64,000 nucleotides of DNA. Source: Enoplolaimus lenunculus (taxonomy: Eukaryota). Both the position numbers and the translations under genes were made by a program. The DNA lies in contig JASANG010003130.1 of NCBI GenBank assembly GCA_030248215.1, positions 124,001 through 188,000 on the forward strand, in the 5' to 3' direction. Shown here one piece after another: positions 39,768 to 52,401 of this stretch. Under the pieces are notes generated by a model, which saw only the letters and a program-made list of their open reading frames with translations, did not search any database and was not told the DNA's origin. Every line of letters begins with the position of its first letter. Within the stretch, counting starts at the first letter, position 1.

Positions 39768-39903
39768 CAGGCCCGACGCCAGCTCACCTTGCCAGCGAGC
39801 TAGAAAATTTTTTGCGCGTTTCATGCAAGAATTTTCGATAAGTTACAAGCGAAGTTGAAAAGTTTTCAACCCTTCTGCTGGTCCCCTTCTAGCTGCGAGT
39901 CCG
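39768..39903. mobile_element. hAT-like MITE family A (CAGGCCCGTAGCCA...TGGCTACGGGCCTG consensus ends)
   Basis: Perfect 8-bp TSD AAAACGAG. Shares the family core TTACAAGCAAGGTTGAAAA. Other full or partial copies near 1016, 1518, 2208, 8992, 11060, 22070, 23616, 24170, 26788, 28148, 29517, 30360, 34925 and 37165. Confidence 0.8.
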
Positions 39904-42900
39904 AAAACGAGCATCCGGTTTAGGTTGTGCAAGCGCTTTTAGTTGGGTTTAGAGTGAAATTGAATTATTTTCCAGTTCGACAACCATATATTACCAGACG
40001 TCTTGGACGAACTAGGCATGACAGCGTGTACTAAAACAGGGGTATAACGATTCGCTAAAATTCCCGGGGGGTGGTGGAAAATAGATAGTTTTGCAGACTT
40101 TAAAATTTGCTACATCTTGCTGATCACAATATATCCACGTAGGCTCGTAGAAAGCTCTTACATGAAGTTATACCCACTGGAAATGAAATCCTTGATGCGC
40201 ACATGGAAGTAGACGCATTTTCTTTCAGCGTAGGCTCACAAGTGTCGGCTTTCATTTCTGTGCCATTTGAATATTAGAAAACGTTTGGGTTGAACTTTTG
40301 TGGAGCGTGGGTTTTTTGGCAAAAATGTCTAATGGTGGATGAAAAGAAACAGGAACGTGATGGTAAAGTGTGATATTTCTAGATAACTGTATAATTGTTA
40401 TCAAGGTCTATGTCAGCAGGTTATGTTACCTACTGAATCTACGGCAATTCGTCAACTAGCAACTTGTTTTCCAACAGTGTTCTAATGTATATGTGTATGT
40501 ATATTTAAGCATAATCTTAAGCGTAATCCTAAGCCTAAGCATAAAGCATAATGATGGGCGGCGAATTGTCGAGTCGACGAAATTTCACATAACAAGTTGT
40601 CGGACGAGCTGGCGGGCGACAAATTGCCGTGATACCGACATTACCGACATAAGAAATTACACAATAGTGGAAACAAGCACAAGAAATCTATGTGCCGTGT
40701 GAAAAATGGCGTTGATAGGCAGCGCTACGGGATCTCAATTTTAGCTTTTACAACTTCAGTTAATGCCTGTTGAATCCAACAGCGAGGGGATCCATTGATG
40801 TAAGTATAGTTTTTACAACTTCCCCGCCCACAGTTTTAATGCTTGTAAAATTCTAGCGTAAGCTTAGATTAGAATGATTAGGCTTAGTCTTGGGTAGGGT
40901 ATAAAAGCGCGGTGTTGCGGTGCTTTTAAAGAAATTAAACAGACTTTCATTGTTAAAGTTTTTCTGTATTTATTATTAATACTTTGGTCTACTTTAACAC
41001 GACTATGTAGCACTGCGTTTTACTCAAAAACCAGTTTCGGATCCAGAAATTTCTGACGGTGGTGGCTGGTTGGCAAAAGTTATGAAACGCAATTTTACTA
41101 TATGCAATAAATGTGTTCATTTTCTGAGGGGTAAAATTGTACCGTAGGGATCTTACCATTTTATCACAAAAAGTTTCCTGACGAGGGCGCATACGACCCC
41201 GTCTTTGTTCTGGATCCGCTAGTGTCAGCAACGGTTTTGAAACAAAGAGAGGCAAAAACCCATTATACAAATTATTATTATTATTATTTCTAATTCGCAA
41301 ATCGCTTTAAGCTTAGGTTCGTGCAGTGTTCGCTCTTATTTGTTGCTTCAGGCCAGATAAAAATGGATTTGCTGTAGTAAATTTGTTGCAGAATTTCAAA
41401 TTTTTCTAATTTTCGCACCGTTTTTGTATGTTTTATGATCGAAATTCACACAAATTTACACTGTTATTTATGTGACTTTCACAATTTGCAGGTAGCAGCG
41501 CGTAACGTTTGCTGTATAGTTTTTGAGTGAAATATAGAAAATGTATAAAAAATTAATAGAGCGTCCATATCCTGTCCCTGCAGACGCGAACAGGTCGCAA
41601 ACGAAGGTTTTGTGATTTTGTTCAATAGAAAAAAGTGTATTTTAAAAAAACATCATTTCCTGTGTTACTTACCAGAAGGTAAAGCATTTTCGTTAATATT
41701 TTCAGTGATAAAATAAGAATTTCAATTGGATGTGGGTATTTTGTGCGAATTTTTTTAGTCAGAATTTTTAAAACGTAAGAGATGACGTGACAAGAGTGTG
41801 TGAATTGAAGACATTTTGTGTTCTAAATATCTGGTTTGCACACTGTGAATTCTAGTGAATTGATTTTAATTCAGGTGTTGTTGAATCACTGAGGCTGAAT
41901 TAGGTCTTTTAGAAATCTGTATTCCGAATGATTGAATTCATTCCGAGTTAATCAACTCACTCGGAATTAAATTAGCTCCGAGCGAATTAATGTTTACTGT
42001 TGTTAACTCAGAAATAACCAGAAACCAGACTGATTTGTTCTCTGAGTTGATTACTAGACTCACGGGAATTTACGGTATATTTCGCTGTGCTGACTAAGAT
42101 AACAATCAAAGCACAGCAGTGTAATCTTTTAAGCCAGTCTGCACAACCAGAGGTATGCCTCATACACAAATTTCAAATATATTGTGTGGTATAGTTGCCA
42201 CTATGATGATATGCAGTGGAGCTTCTGATTTGTCTGGCGTTTCATGCTCCCTGCTAACAATTTGTTACCCCCTTCGGCCCATCTAAACATCACGGGCGGA
42301 ACCGTTTTTCTGTCGGACTGCAATAGAGTAAGCTTAAGCTTTACACTATTTTTTGATCGGCTTTGGCTTTTAGGCTTAGGTTTAGGAATATGCTAATTCT
42401 TACGCTTAGGCTTAGCAATATGTTAATAATATAGTTCCGCCCCTGTTCTTTATATTGGATCCCTCCCTTCTCATCATGTTGAGCTGGCTACGAACTTAAA
42501 ATTTGTATTCAAACGCGTAACTTTGAATCTTCCGCAAGGTACATCGCTGTGAGCAATTTCGACTGAAGTGTGATGAAACTGAGCAGTGAGTCCCGTTGAG
42601 TTGAACTAGCGGTACTGAACTCCAGCACTGACAATTCTGTCTGATTGCGTTAGAAAAAACATTGAACTTTTTGTTGTAAAAATACTAATTCTATAAGACA
42701 ACGCGATATATGGCGCATCTTGCAATATTTATGCGATTGACTGCTGTTGTGTGTGTGTGTGACTCACAGAAATTTTAAGTTACATTTTTCAATTGTTGAA
42801 ATAGATATTTGCGAATTTGACTGAATTTTTTTGTTGGTTTTTCATTATTTATTTGTAAAATTGTAAAGTTTGCAGTGTTTTTACGGCGGCAAAGTTAAGT

Positions 42901-44615
42901 TTTGGTCGCTCTATTCGCCGCGTCACATTGACTTGGAAGTTTTCGAAATACTTTGCGAATTCAAAATGTTTGACAATTCAGTTTAGTGGCGAACCTAAGA
43001 GCGGAATGCGTTGTGTATCCTTTTAGCAGCACGGCCGTACATAAAATTTTGCGATGCAAATGGTTCGGCCCATGTATAGAACAGGGCCGCAACAGTAGTA
43101 TAAGCATATTCCTAAGATTGACTTTTTAAACTTTAGTTTAAAGTTTCGAACTCAACGTTTTTTGTCTGGAGGTATTTATGCACTACAATTACGGATAATT
43201 GATATTTAGGGACTCTGTCCTCTTACGGACTCTTATTCGGTATACGGATTCCTATTGATTGGTGCTCATAATGGGGAACCTCCTCTTATTCAGGTCACTG
43301 CAGTAGTTTGTGAGAGTGTAAAATTTTGACTTTAGTCTGACTAAGCAAACCAGTATCTGCTGTCAAACATGGAAGGTTTCATGGACGTTTTGATATCTCA
43401 GGAACATCATTCCTTGTCCTACAACAATTGTTGGCTTATTTTCGGGAAATGTATGGTACTTTAATCTTTTGGAATTCAATTTACTGACCCAAACTCAAAT
43501 GAAATTTTTCGAATAAGTACAATCGCTAGTCCTAATGCAAGTAATCGTTGTATTAATGACAACCCCTCAGTTGGCAATGGCGCATCCACACTGCAGGGTC
43601 CAATCGTGCTTTTTGTTTTTTCTGACCAGCAGTTCTGTAGAAATTTTATCTATCAGGGACATTATAAAGACCAAAGCCACAATAAAAGTACAAGCAGTTT
43701 CCTAAGCTTAAGCTTAAGCGAAAGAATAAGCCTATACCTAAGCCTAAGCCTAAGCCGAAGCAAAATAATTGCTTTAATGCTTAAGCTTACTCTATTGCAG
43801 CCGCACGGAAAAACAGACCGCCCCTGATCTTTATATATGTCTCATGCGGGGTTCTAGCTGGTAACATTTTGTCTGACCGTTTATCCGTTATCAGATTCAA
43901 AAAATTTGAATTGTCTGCTATCCTGATGTGACATCTACTGTTTGTACTGCAATATCATATGATATTCCAAATATTGTCTGCGAGTATCATATGATATGTT
44001 TGAAAATGTCTGCAAAGTTGTGGTAAACTAGCTTGATTGTACTGTAGAATGTTATATGATACTAAAATTTCAAATTTGAATTATTTGTACTTAGGAATAT
44101 ATTTTGGGAAAAAACTTAGCGAGAAAGATAACGGTAGAAGCTAATTCAACTTGCGAAATCATTTAATGCTGCATTATCCGACTTTTTACTGTTTTATTTA
44201 GCGTGCACAAATTCCATTGTCCTGGATATTTAGTAGAATTTTGGAATATCATATGATATTCGCATAAATGTCCCACAGTATCATATGACAAATGGTTATT
44301 TGTATACGATGATCGCTCGACATCAGTGATTTGTAAGCCGATGTCATATGACATTCACATTTGGTCTACATAACCGCTATTCGTATCACAGAATTTTATG
44401 TTGACGTCGAATCAACATTGGACAAAACGTGTTCCAAGCTGCCCCAGTTATAACGTGAACGCCGCATCAGTTAGTAACACATGGACACACTACTTGAAAA
44501 ATAATTTTATAGAACACAACTCACTGCTTTCCAAAATCGTGACTACGTTCTAGTCGGTAGGTGGTACCGCAAAAATGTTTTAAAAAATATTATAATGTTT
44601 TGCTCAATATTTCAG

Positions 44616-45685
44616 GTTCGTTATCATAGTCCGCACATTGGTTTGGGTCTATTCGGTGACCCATCACGATCGGGTATGGATATAAAACCGTTAACAGCTC
44701 AATCCAAATCGTCGTTTTATTCAAAATCAACCACAGATCTTAGTTCGCCAGTGGCTGTTTCCCGGCGCGTCAATGATGCCAAACGGCTCAACTACGACTC
44801 TGAGGGTCCCCAAAAGGATGCTACCGACAACAACTATCCTATTAATCCCAGTCATAACGGAGAATCGATATCACATTTACAATGGGAAACGAAAACAGAG
44901 CGTGTTATTAAATCAGGGTCCATATCGAAACTTGTTGAATGTTTACTTGTCCCTGGGACAGGCGAACTGGACATGAAACATTTTCAAGAATTATTTTATA
45001 CTTATCGTGGGTATGCTACAAACTTTGAAATATTGAATGCGCTATTTGAGTTGTTTAACAATTATTTGCCAGGGGATAACACTTCCTATGACGCTACAGT
45101 GCATTCAAAAATACCGTACAATAGCTCGATAAGCGCTGAACGGCAGTACAACTCTAGTGAACTGTACGGTATTAGCCATAAGCCTAAATCGAATACTTCA
45201 AGCTCAATCATGCATCACCATGGCAACCCGTTATCATCTGTGCTTGGATTTAGTAAACCTCACCCTCTGGCATCTGGTATGGCGCCGAAGGTGAAGCTAA
45301 AACAACCTCAGTTGCGCTCGATTCGGTCTGCGCTCAATTTATGGTTGGATTTATTTCCGGAAGATTTCGTCACCGCCCCACATCATGATGAATGTTTACG
45401 GTTGCTGATTGATTTCAGTGCTCTTAATATGACCCTACTACCTGATATTTACGAAAAAGCACTTCGGTTTAAAGCTCAGAAATCTCGAGGGGCGTCAATG
45501 AAAGAAAAAGCTAAAGCTGGCAGCGGTGGACAGATTCATAGTAGCGTTGCAGCGGCTACCAGTGGTTCATACAGACCGCTTGCACCGCAACGACTAGGGC
45601 TGTTAGCCGTATCGGATGATGTTGATTTAATTGTCGGTGGTTGTCAAAAGAATAAGTTGCCGGATTTTGTCAATTTAGACGCGAA
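44616..45685 (+). CDS. rgl-1: RalGDS-like RalGEF, exon 2 (REM/RasGEF_N domain)
   Basis: TTTCAG acceptor ends at 44615 (phase 0). Motifs RVIKSGSISKLVECLL, FYTYRGYAT and LNLWLDLFPEDF are REM-like. Donor AA|GTTAGT at 45685/45686 (phase 2). Confidence 0.9.
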
Positions 45686-46553
45686 GTTAGTTTTTTTGGA
45701 TGTTAACATTTAGGCTTGTTTTTAAATTTCTTACTGAAAGTTATTGTTCCACGCAAACCAATCAATGTAGAACAAGCGTTTGGTGCGCATCTATTCAGCT
45801 GCGGCTGTCAAACTTTTCAATATTTCATTATAAGTACACAAGATACTTTTCAGCTAAAGTACTGTTGTAATACCTACAGCAAGGGTTTAATAATGGCTCA
45901 TTCAACGCAATATCAATTATTACCTACAATTTGTCGGTACATAACAAGATCTAATAAACTATAAAACTTCAAATCCAGGATGAGCCAGAAGTCTGTGGTG
46001 TCACCGGCGGATGTAGAAATTTCTGACGATAATCGAGCTGGCAAAAGTTATGAAATGCAATTTTTCCTGTGTGTTATGTATGTGCCATTAGTAGAAAACA
46101 ATTGTAAGGTAGAGAGCTTTATCATTTTATCACAAAAAATTTCCACCCTGTCTGATTCTGCTAGTGTGTGGTGTACACAGGTCCTTCCAATGAGCTCCAT
46201 GATAACCTTCAAGGATTTGTCTGTCAAACCCAAGAGATATCTGGTTAAGCGTCGACAACGCATGTAGCCTTTATATAAGCCCTATTAGTCTGTAACAGGA
46301 CTACACGGGTTTATAACCGTTCTATCATGCGAGACGAGGCTGAGTCTACGCGCTCCATAAAGGTTGTTTTTGGGCAAATTTTATATTAATAAGCACAGAT
46401 GGTTTTTGTAAGCGTCAAAAATTTTTTATGAGCATCGACCATTTCCTGCTTGGCTACGAAGCCGATATATCACAACAAAATATTTCCTTGCACGCCTTTA
46501 CCCTATACTGCCGATCAGTTATCTTAACTAAGCTATGGTTGTCTATTTTTTAG

Positions 46554-49552
46554 GTATATTGCCGATCAATTAACCTACTACGATGCTGAATTATTCAAAG
46601 CACTCGTTCCGTACCAGTGTCTGGGCAATATGTGGAACAAACGAAAGAAATGGCAACAACCAGACTCGCAATCGAATCAGTCCCAATCGACCAAAGACGC
46701 CAACAACAACTACAAAATTCAATCTGGACTGACGACATCCGGAGCTAATTCAGGATCGATGACAACAGCTACTTCTGCATCTGGCAATCCGGTTCAAATA
46801 TCTGAGACGACAGCTATAGATCCTGTCGCGAGCGTCCGTGCAACAATTGATCAATTTAACGCAATTGTATTCCGAACTGTAAGTCAGTGTTTACGATTAG
46901 ACGCGCAACTTCCGCCGAGTGGGCATTCAGCAAGAGCTAAGGTGATCACCAAATGGCTTGACGTCTTGGTGGAGCTTCGTCGCCGAAAAAACTATTCATC
47001 ACTCAAAGCAATCATGTCCGCGTTAACAGTAGAACCTGTGTACAGGTTGAAATCCGCGTGGGCACAAGTCCCTCGTGACAAGTTGGCACAATTCCAATCG
47101 TTGAACGATGTGTTTTCAGAGGAACAAAACGCGATTGGAACAAGACAAGTGTTGGAGAAAGAAGGGACTGCAAAATCGATGCTTCGGAATGGTGTGTACG
47201 ATTCTGGCTATTTTGACCGAAGCCTATCTAACGGAGGTGTAGCTTTGAGCGAAAAAACCACGGTTAAAAGCATAGGCGGCGACGGGGGTGCAGGTAGCCC
47301 TAGTTGGGCTGAGAGCGGAAAGTTGCTCGGACGAAAATTGTTGTCGTCGACATCTGAAAGTAACGCCTTTGGTGGAGGTGGAGGCGTAACAAAATCGCGG
47401 ACGGGGGCAGGCGCACCGACGCAAAAATATCAGCGAACCAAAAGTGATATGGGCGAAATCCAAGGTACTGTGCCATATTTGGGCACATTTTTGACAGATT
47501 TAACACATATCGACGAAGCTATACCTACACGAACGACAGATGGACTGATAAATTTTGAAAAAGCTCGAAAAGAATTTGCTGTAATCGCTCAACTGCGACT
47601 ATTTCAATCGACAGCTGCAAATTATCGAATTGTACCTGATCCAAAATTTCGGATCTGGTTCGCACAGTTGCCATGCGTTGACAACGCCGCCGACTGGGAC
47701 GAACAATCGTTCACGATTGAGCCGAAGCCTAATTTTAAAGCATCTGGCAACAACGATAGCGACCCTGTTGCTCAATCGAAATCTTGGAAACGCTGCGGCC
47801 AACAACTTGAAGCCAAAAAACATTCGCTCAATCAACTACTAAACGGCACAATATCCGGATATCATTTGAAATCAAATGCACCGCCGGATACGAGTTCCGG
47901 CTCTGGTAATCAAGGTCAATCGAAGGTAACATTTGGTTCCGCGAGCAAGAGTCGATCAATAGGCTCGTTTGGCTCGTTAACTCAACTTATATCCGATATG
48001 ACATCGTTCACACATCCAAATACCCCTCCAAATAACAGGAGTACATCACGTTCAAGCTCTCCTGCTGCTTCAGTCGTACGTACTCCGTTTCATCCAAGAC
48101 ACGGAGTTCAAAACGGTAAACAATCTTGTCAATTTTCATTCACGAACTCTCATGGCACTCCTCCGATTTTAATTAATTCACCGTTGCATCAAAAAGGAGT
48201 ACACCGGTCGTACAGTGGTCAAGTACTTCCGTTACACCATTCGACACTGTACCGATACGCGCTGGTTAGTCCATCACCAGTAGTGCCTGGTTCAATCCCA
48301 ACTGGTTACAGACATTTTTCTTCAACAGGAGTACCTCTGTACGCAGGATCGAACTCTGGCAACTATACAAATAACGGAGTATACCATCATCATTTTGTGC
48401 CTCCTGGTGTTGAAAGAACAAGCGAAGGTGTCACTCCTTGTTCTATACCAGGTCGACAAAGTGATATGGAGTTTGATGCGGCGACTTTTGGATATTGGGT
48501 AGGTCAAAATGTTCGACCCCGAAGGCCTAGCTCAACGTCAAATTCCGGCGGAGGCTGTCCCTCAATTGTCGAACAGGAGTACGGACCTGTCCCCGCATCT
48601 AGACGTCGAAATTCAAGGCACTCTTCATCTGGAGGTAAACCTGGTGGTGCTGGCAAAATTGCATCGAAAAAGCGACAATCAAGTACAAGTAACGATAGTT
48701 ATTCTTGCTCAACGCATGACCTAATTTCCGACGCAAATTCAACGATGTATTCCAACGCGTCAGAGAATTTCAGCCGTGCCGGGGTATACTTCTCGCGTAA
48801 ACGTGGTCAAAAATCTAAAAATAACCAAAATGATGCTAAACTTCCACCTCGACCACCTGGTAACTACAGTAGCACGGCATTGTCAAAACCATCATCTAAC
48901 TCTGTTGAAACGGCATATTTTCACAGCCGTGTCGGCTCAGATACGCTAGATTCGACAATTTCAGGCCCATTGGCAGCTCAACAGCATCGATTGGCTTCAA
49001 TTTCTAAATCTGCTTCAGATTTAGCTAATTCTGTCGTAGGATCAATCGAAAAAACCGACTGTGCGTCCCAAAATGCTCTGTCTATTGGTTCATCATGCTT
49101 AGACGATTCTAGCGAATGTTACCTAGTCAGGGTACGCCTAGACCATGCACTAATACGGCGACATCCGGAGTTTACAGCTCGGCAAACTAATCTCTATAAA
49201 TGTGTCAAACTAGAATGTGCTGATAAAACTGAAACGCTAATAGGACGCGCGTTAGAAAAGCATTCGTTACCTGGGCATTCGGAGGATTTTACTCTTGTTC
49301 AATTGTTGCCAGGAGGCAAAGAGTTGACCCTGCCGGAACGAGAGAACGCGTACTATGCAGTGTGTCACTATGAGTCGATATGTGTCAACGAAAATGTAAA
49401 AGAACAACGAATTATTGATTGCGTTCTAAGGAAACGGTCTCATAAATCACTGCCACCGAATCATTATTTAATTGGTGCCAAGAAACATAATAAAAATAAC
49501 AAGAATAACAGTAATGTTAATAATATTACTAATTACACCAACCATAAAAACA

Positions 49553-49618
<66 letters not shown>

Positions 49619-49737
49619 CTGACAATCAAGATAATTGCCATATTATTCCGACAACTTTGCGTGAAATGAAACGCAAACGGCAACAGCGGCATATTGCGGG
49701 TTTGTCCTCAGGATCTGAAGATAATGTGATTCGATGA
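46554..49737 (+). CDS. rgl-1: RalGDS-like RalGEF, exon 3 (CDC25/RasGEF domain, low-complexity linker, RA domain, poly-Asn tail)
   Basis: TTTTTAG acceptor ends at 46553 and is phase-compatible with exon 2, giving DAK-YIADQLTYYDAELFKALVPYQCLGNMW. Contains RAKVITKW, KNYSSLKAIMSAL, QGTVPYLGTFLTDL and GLINFEKARKEF, then RA-like LYKCVKLECADKTETLIGRALEKH...DFTLVQLLPGGKELTLP. The three exons total 4320 nt = 1439 aa plus stop. Confidence 0.95.
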
Positions 49738-50463
49738 AATTCACTGGTGAAGTGGAAACATAACAAACGAAGCGAGTGAGAAGCCAGACGCGATTTTAGC
49801 ATTAAATCGTAGTACAAAATTTTGGATTTGAAATCTTTCTTGTTGCGCCTCTCATACATGAAGGTACAAAATGAAACGCTGCGTATCAAGCGAGAATAAA
49901 TTTATCCGGAATTGTGAGTTAAATTTAGTGATTCTGATTAAAACTAATAAGTTTGATTTTAAAACGCTACTTGGAAACGTCAACCGTTGTAGAAACATCG
50001 GAAAATCCGTCGTTATCATTATAATTATAGTTGCAAATAACGCGTTGAATTTTTCAATACTATAGTATACTGCAATTGTTCGATTTGAAACAAAAGTAAC
50101 AAAATTCGGCAAAAATCCTGAGGATTTTAAGTGCATTTGGTTTTTTTACAACGCCCATCGAATATATATTAGCATGCCTCAATTGCATAAGTGCAAAAAC
50201 TTACATCTTTTAATTATTTATATTTAAATATCCGTTTTGCGTTTCCGTTTTTTGAGCACTAAAGCTGGAAATTGCATTTTTTGCTGAAATGGGTGTACTT
50301 TTTCACCGTATAGAAATTAAGCTGCTTTTGTGTAAGGCAGTGCGTGTAAATCTAATCAATACTGAGTTAACCATAAGCAACGTATATCGATTCCGTCCCT
50401 AGCCTGGTATATTTTTGCTTTAGCATGCGCATAGGTGCTGCTGCAACATGTTTAATGTTTATG

Positions 50464-50617
50464 CAGGCCTGTAGCCTGCTCACCTTACTAGGGTGGACTA
50501 AAAATTTTTCAGGAAAGGCATACAATGGTTTTCGTTTACTTACAAGCAAGGTTAAAAATATCCTAGAGGGGGCCACGATTTTTCTAGGTGGTCTGAGCTT
50601 CTATGACTACGGGCATG
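50464..50617. mobile_element. hAT-like MITE family A copy (probably within the RalGEF 3' UTR)
   Basis: Imperfect TIRs and perfect 8-bp TSD TGTTTATG. Confidence 0.8.
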
Positions 50618-51668
50618 TGTTTATGGTATACAAGGACATGCTGAATTGCTAACATTTCATGTGATAACGTTTATTTTCATTTGTGATATATTTATACATT
50701 GCTTGTTTTTTCCATATTCAATAAAGTTTATATTTTAAAATATTAGCTGCTTTGTGCTCTATATTATAGGCAGGGCATAATTGTTCGCAAGAAAGCACTC
50801 AGAATATATAAAGGTAACTACATATAATAATCATCTTAGAATTTATGGTACTTTAACGCTCATCCGATCACTTTGCATGTCAGAACAGCTTCAGTTGAAA
50901 CTACCAGTAATAATTGAAGTGTTTAACGAACAACTAAGGTTCGAAAACCTGAAAAACTCTGCATTAAATTCCGTATATTTGAAATGGAACATTTGATTTC
51001 GGATATCACAATATCCGATACATACGGATAGCCGGAATTCGGGTCACATATCGAGACAAGAATTGCCAGATATCCTGATGTGTTAAAATATCCGATGCAC
51101 ATTACTACCTGCGATTCATTGATCAATTTCCAACTTTTGTATGGACCGTACTTCACAGCTCAACAACGAAATAGCTGTCATAATAGTATAATATAGCTGT
51201 AAAAACTGCATCCTAGTGATCCGCATCCTGAGGAATAGTTTCTGTGAATAGTTCGTGATTTCGGCTGGCACAGCAATCTACAGTGTCCACTTGTGAATGA
51301 GAATGGGCCATGTAGTAGCTATATAAAATTTGGGTATTAGTGGTGATTAATTGTGAAATGTTACTGTGATCTGCTGTAGTACCCGCATAAGAGAGGGTAA
51401 ATATAAGAGGGTGTTCCATTTGGAGTCTCAATCAATCGTGTGTTTGATGTTCTATCGTGCATTATTTTCGCATCTTGTAATTGTAAATTTTACCGTGTAG
51501 ACCTAGACACTACATTCAACCGTTAACGTTATTCATTCTCGTCAATGGATTTCGTCTAAATTAATACGTACTATGCTGATCGCTTAGGCATGGACACTTT
51601 CGATCACATCCAACTGTTAATAAAACTTTATTCATTTTCGTCATTCGATTTCAGCTAAATTTACTTAC

Positions 51669-51853
51669 GGCCAATGTTACTTTAAGGGGCGAACAGTAGA
51701 TTAAGCGTAAGCCTAAGCCTAAACCTAAGCGTTGCAAAAATGTGTTCCTAAGCCTAAGCCTAAAGCCTAAGCAAAAAATATAATCTAGAATCGAAACCTA
51801 CTCTTTTATAAACCCTGCCAGAAACCTGGACGCCCCTTAAAGTAATATGGGCC
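51669..51853. mobile_element. Merlin-like MITE family E containing (GCCTAA)n
   Basis: TIR GGCC(A/C)AT(G/A)TTACTTTAAGGGGCG. Perfect 8-bp TSD TTACTTAC. Internal TAAGCCTAAGCCTAA runs. Confidence 0.8.
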
Positions 51854-51893
51854 TTACTTACTGTACTGGTCGTTTTTACAATTGCCAGATGAT

Positions 51894-52401
51894 GGGTCAT
51901 CCACGTTAAAATGCACGCGCCGATATAATAAATGTTCCACCCGCCCCATTAGGAACAGCCCACCCCATTAGGAACAGCATCAAAGTACACATACTAGCTG
52001 GAGGCAAGGTACAGTTTCATAGCTGTACTACATAGTGTTAATTGTCTAGACTCTGTGGGAAGGGACTCAGGATAAATACATGTTGTTTGTAGGATGTCAG
52101 GACATTACGTTAGCCCACGCGCACACAGTTAAAAAGACACGCTGTGCACACATATTCACACCCATCGTTCAACGCAAAAAATTGAGTCCCTTCCGAGGGA
52201 CTATGGACAATAACAGTTCCCGATAATGATGTCAGGACAAGTATGTAATTATGCCTAGAGCATATTCTTTGTCTAAATGTTCCGACAATGTCATGTTGAC
52301 ATCTCAGACAGTGTATAAAGAGAGTGGGTAGGGACAACGTGGGCACCCAAAAGGGAGGGACATTTTTTACAAATGTGCGTGCATTTTAACGTGGATGACC
52401 C
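51894..52401. mobile_element. 508-bp TIR element, superfamily uncertain
   Basis: Perfect 25-bp TIR GGGTCATCCACGTTAAAATGCACGC. ATGAT on both flanks. Confidence 0.8.

Noticed and set aside
43695..43760. TAAGCC runs as a true telomere or chromosome fusion scar
   Set aside because: Only 2-4 imperfect units, embedded in MITE family F sequence.
44595..44615. ORF-track start MFCSIFQ for the RalGEF (also ATG 46630 as a separate gene)
   Set aside because: 44595-44615 is the polypyrimidine/TTTCAG acceptor of an intron. 46630 is an internal Met of exon 3.
49468..49692. Poly-Ile ORFs overlapping the RalGEF tail (also 55993-56703)
   Set aside because: Alternative frames of (AAT)n tracts within real exons.
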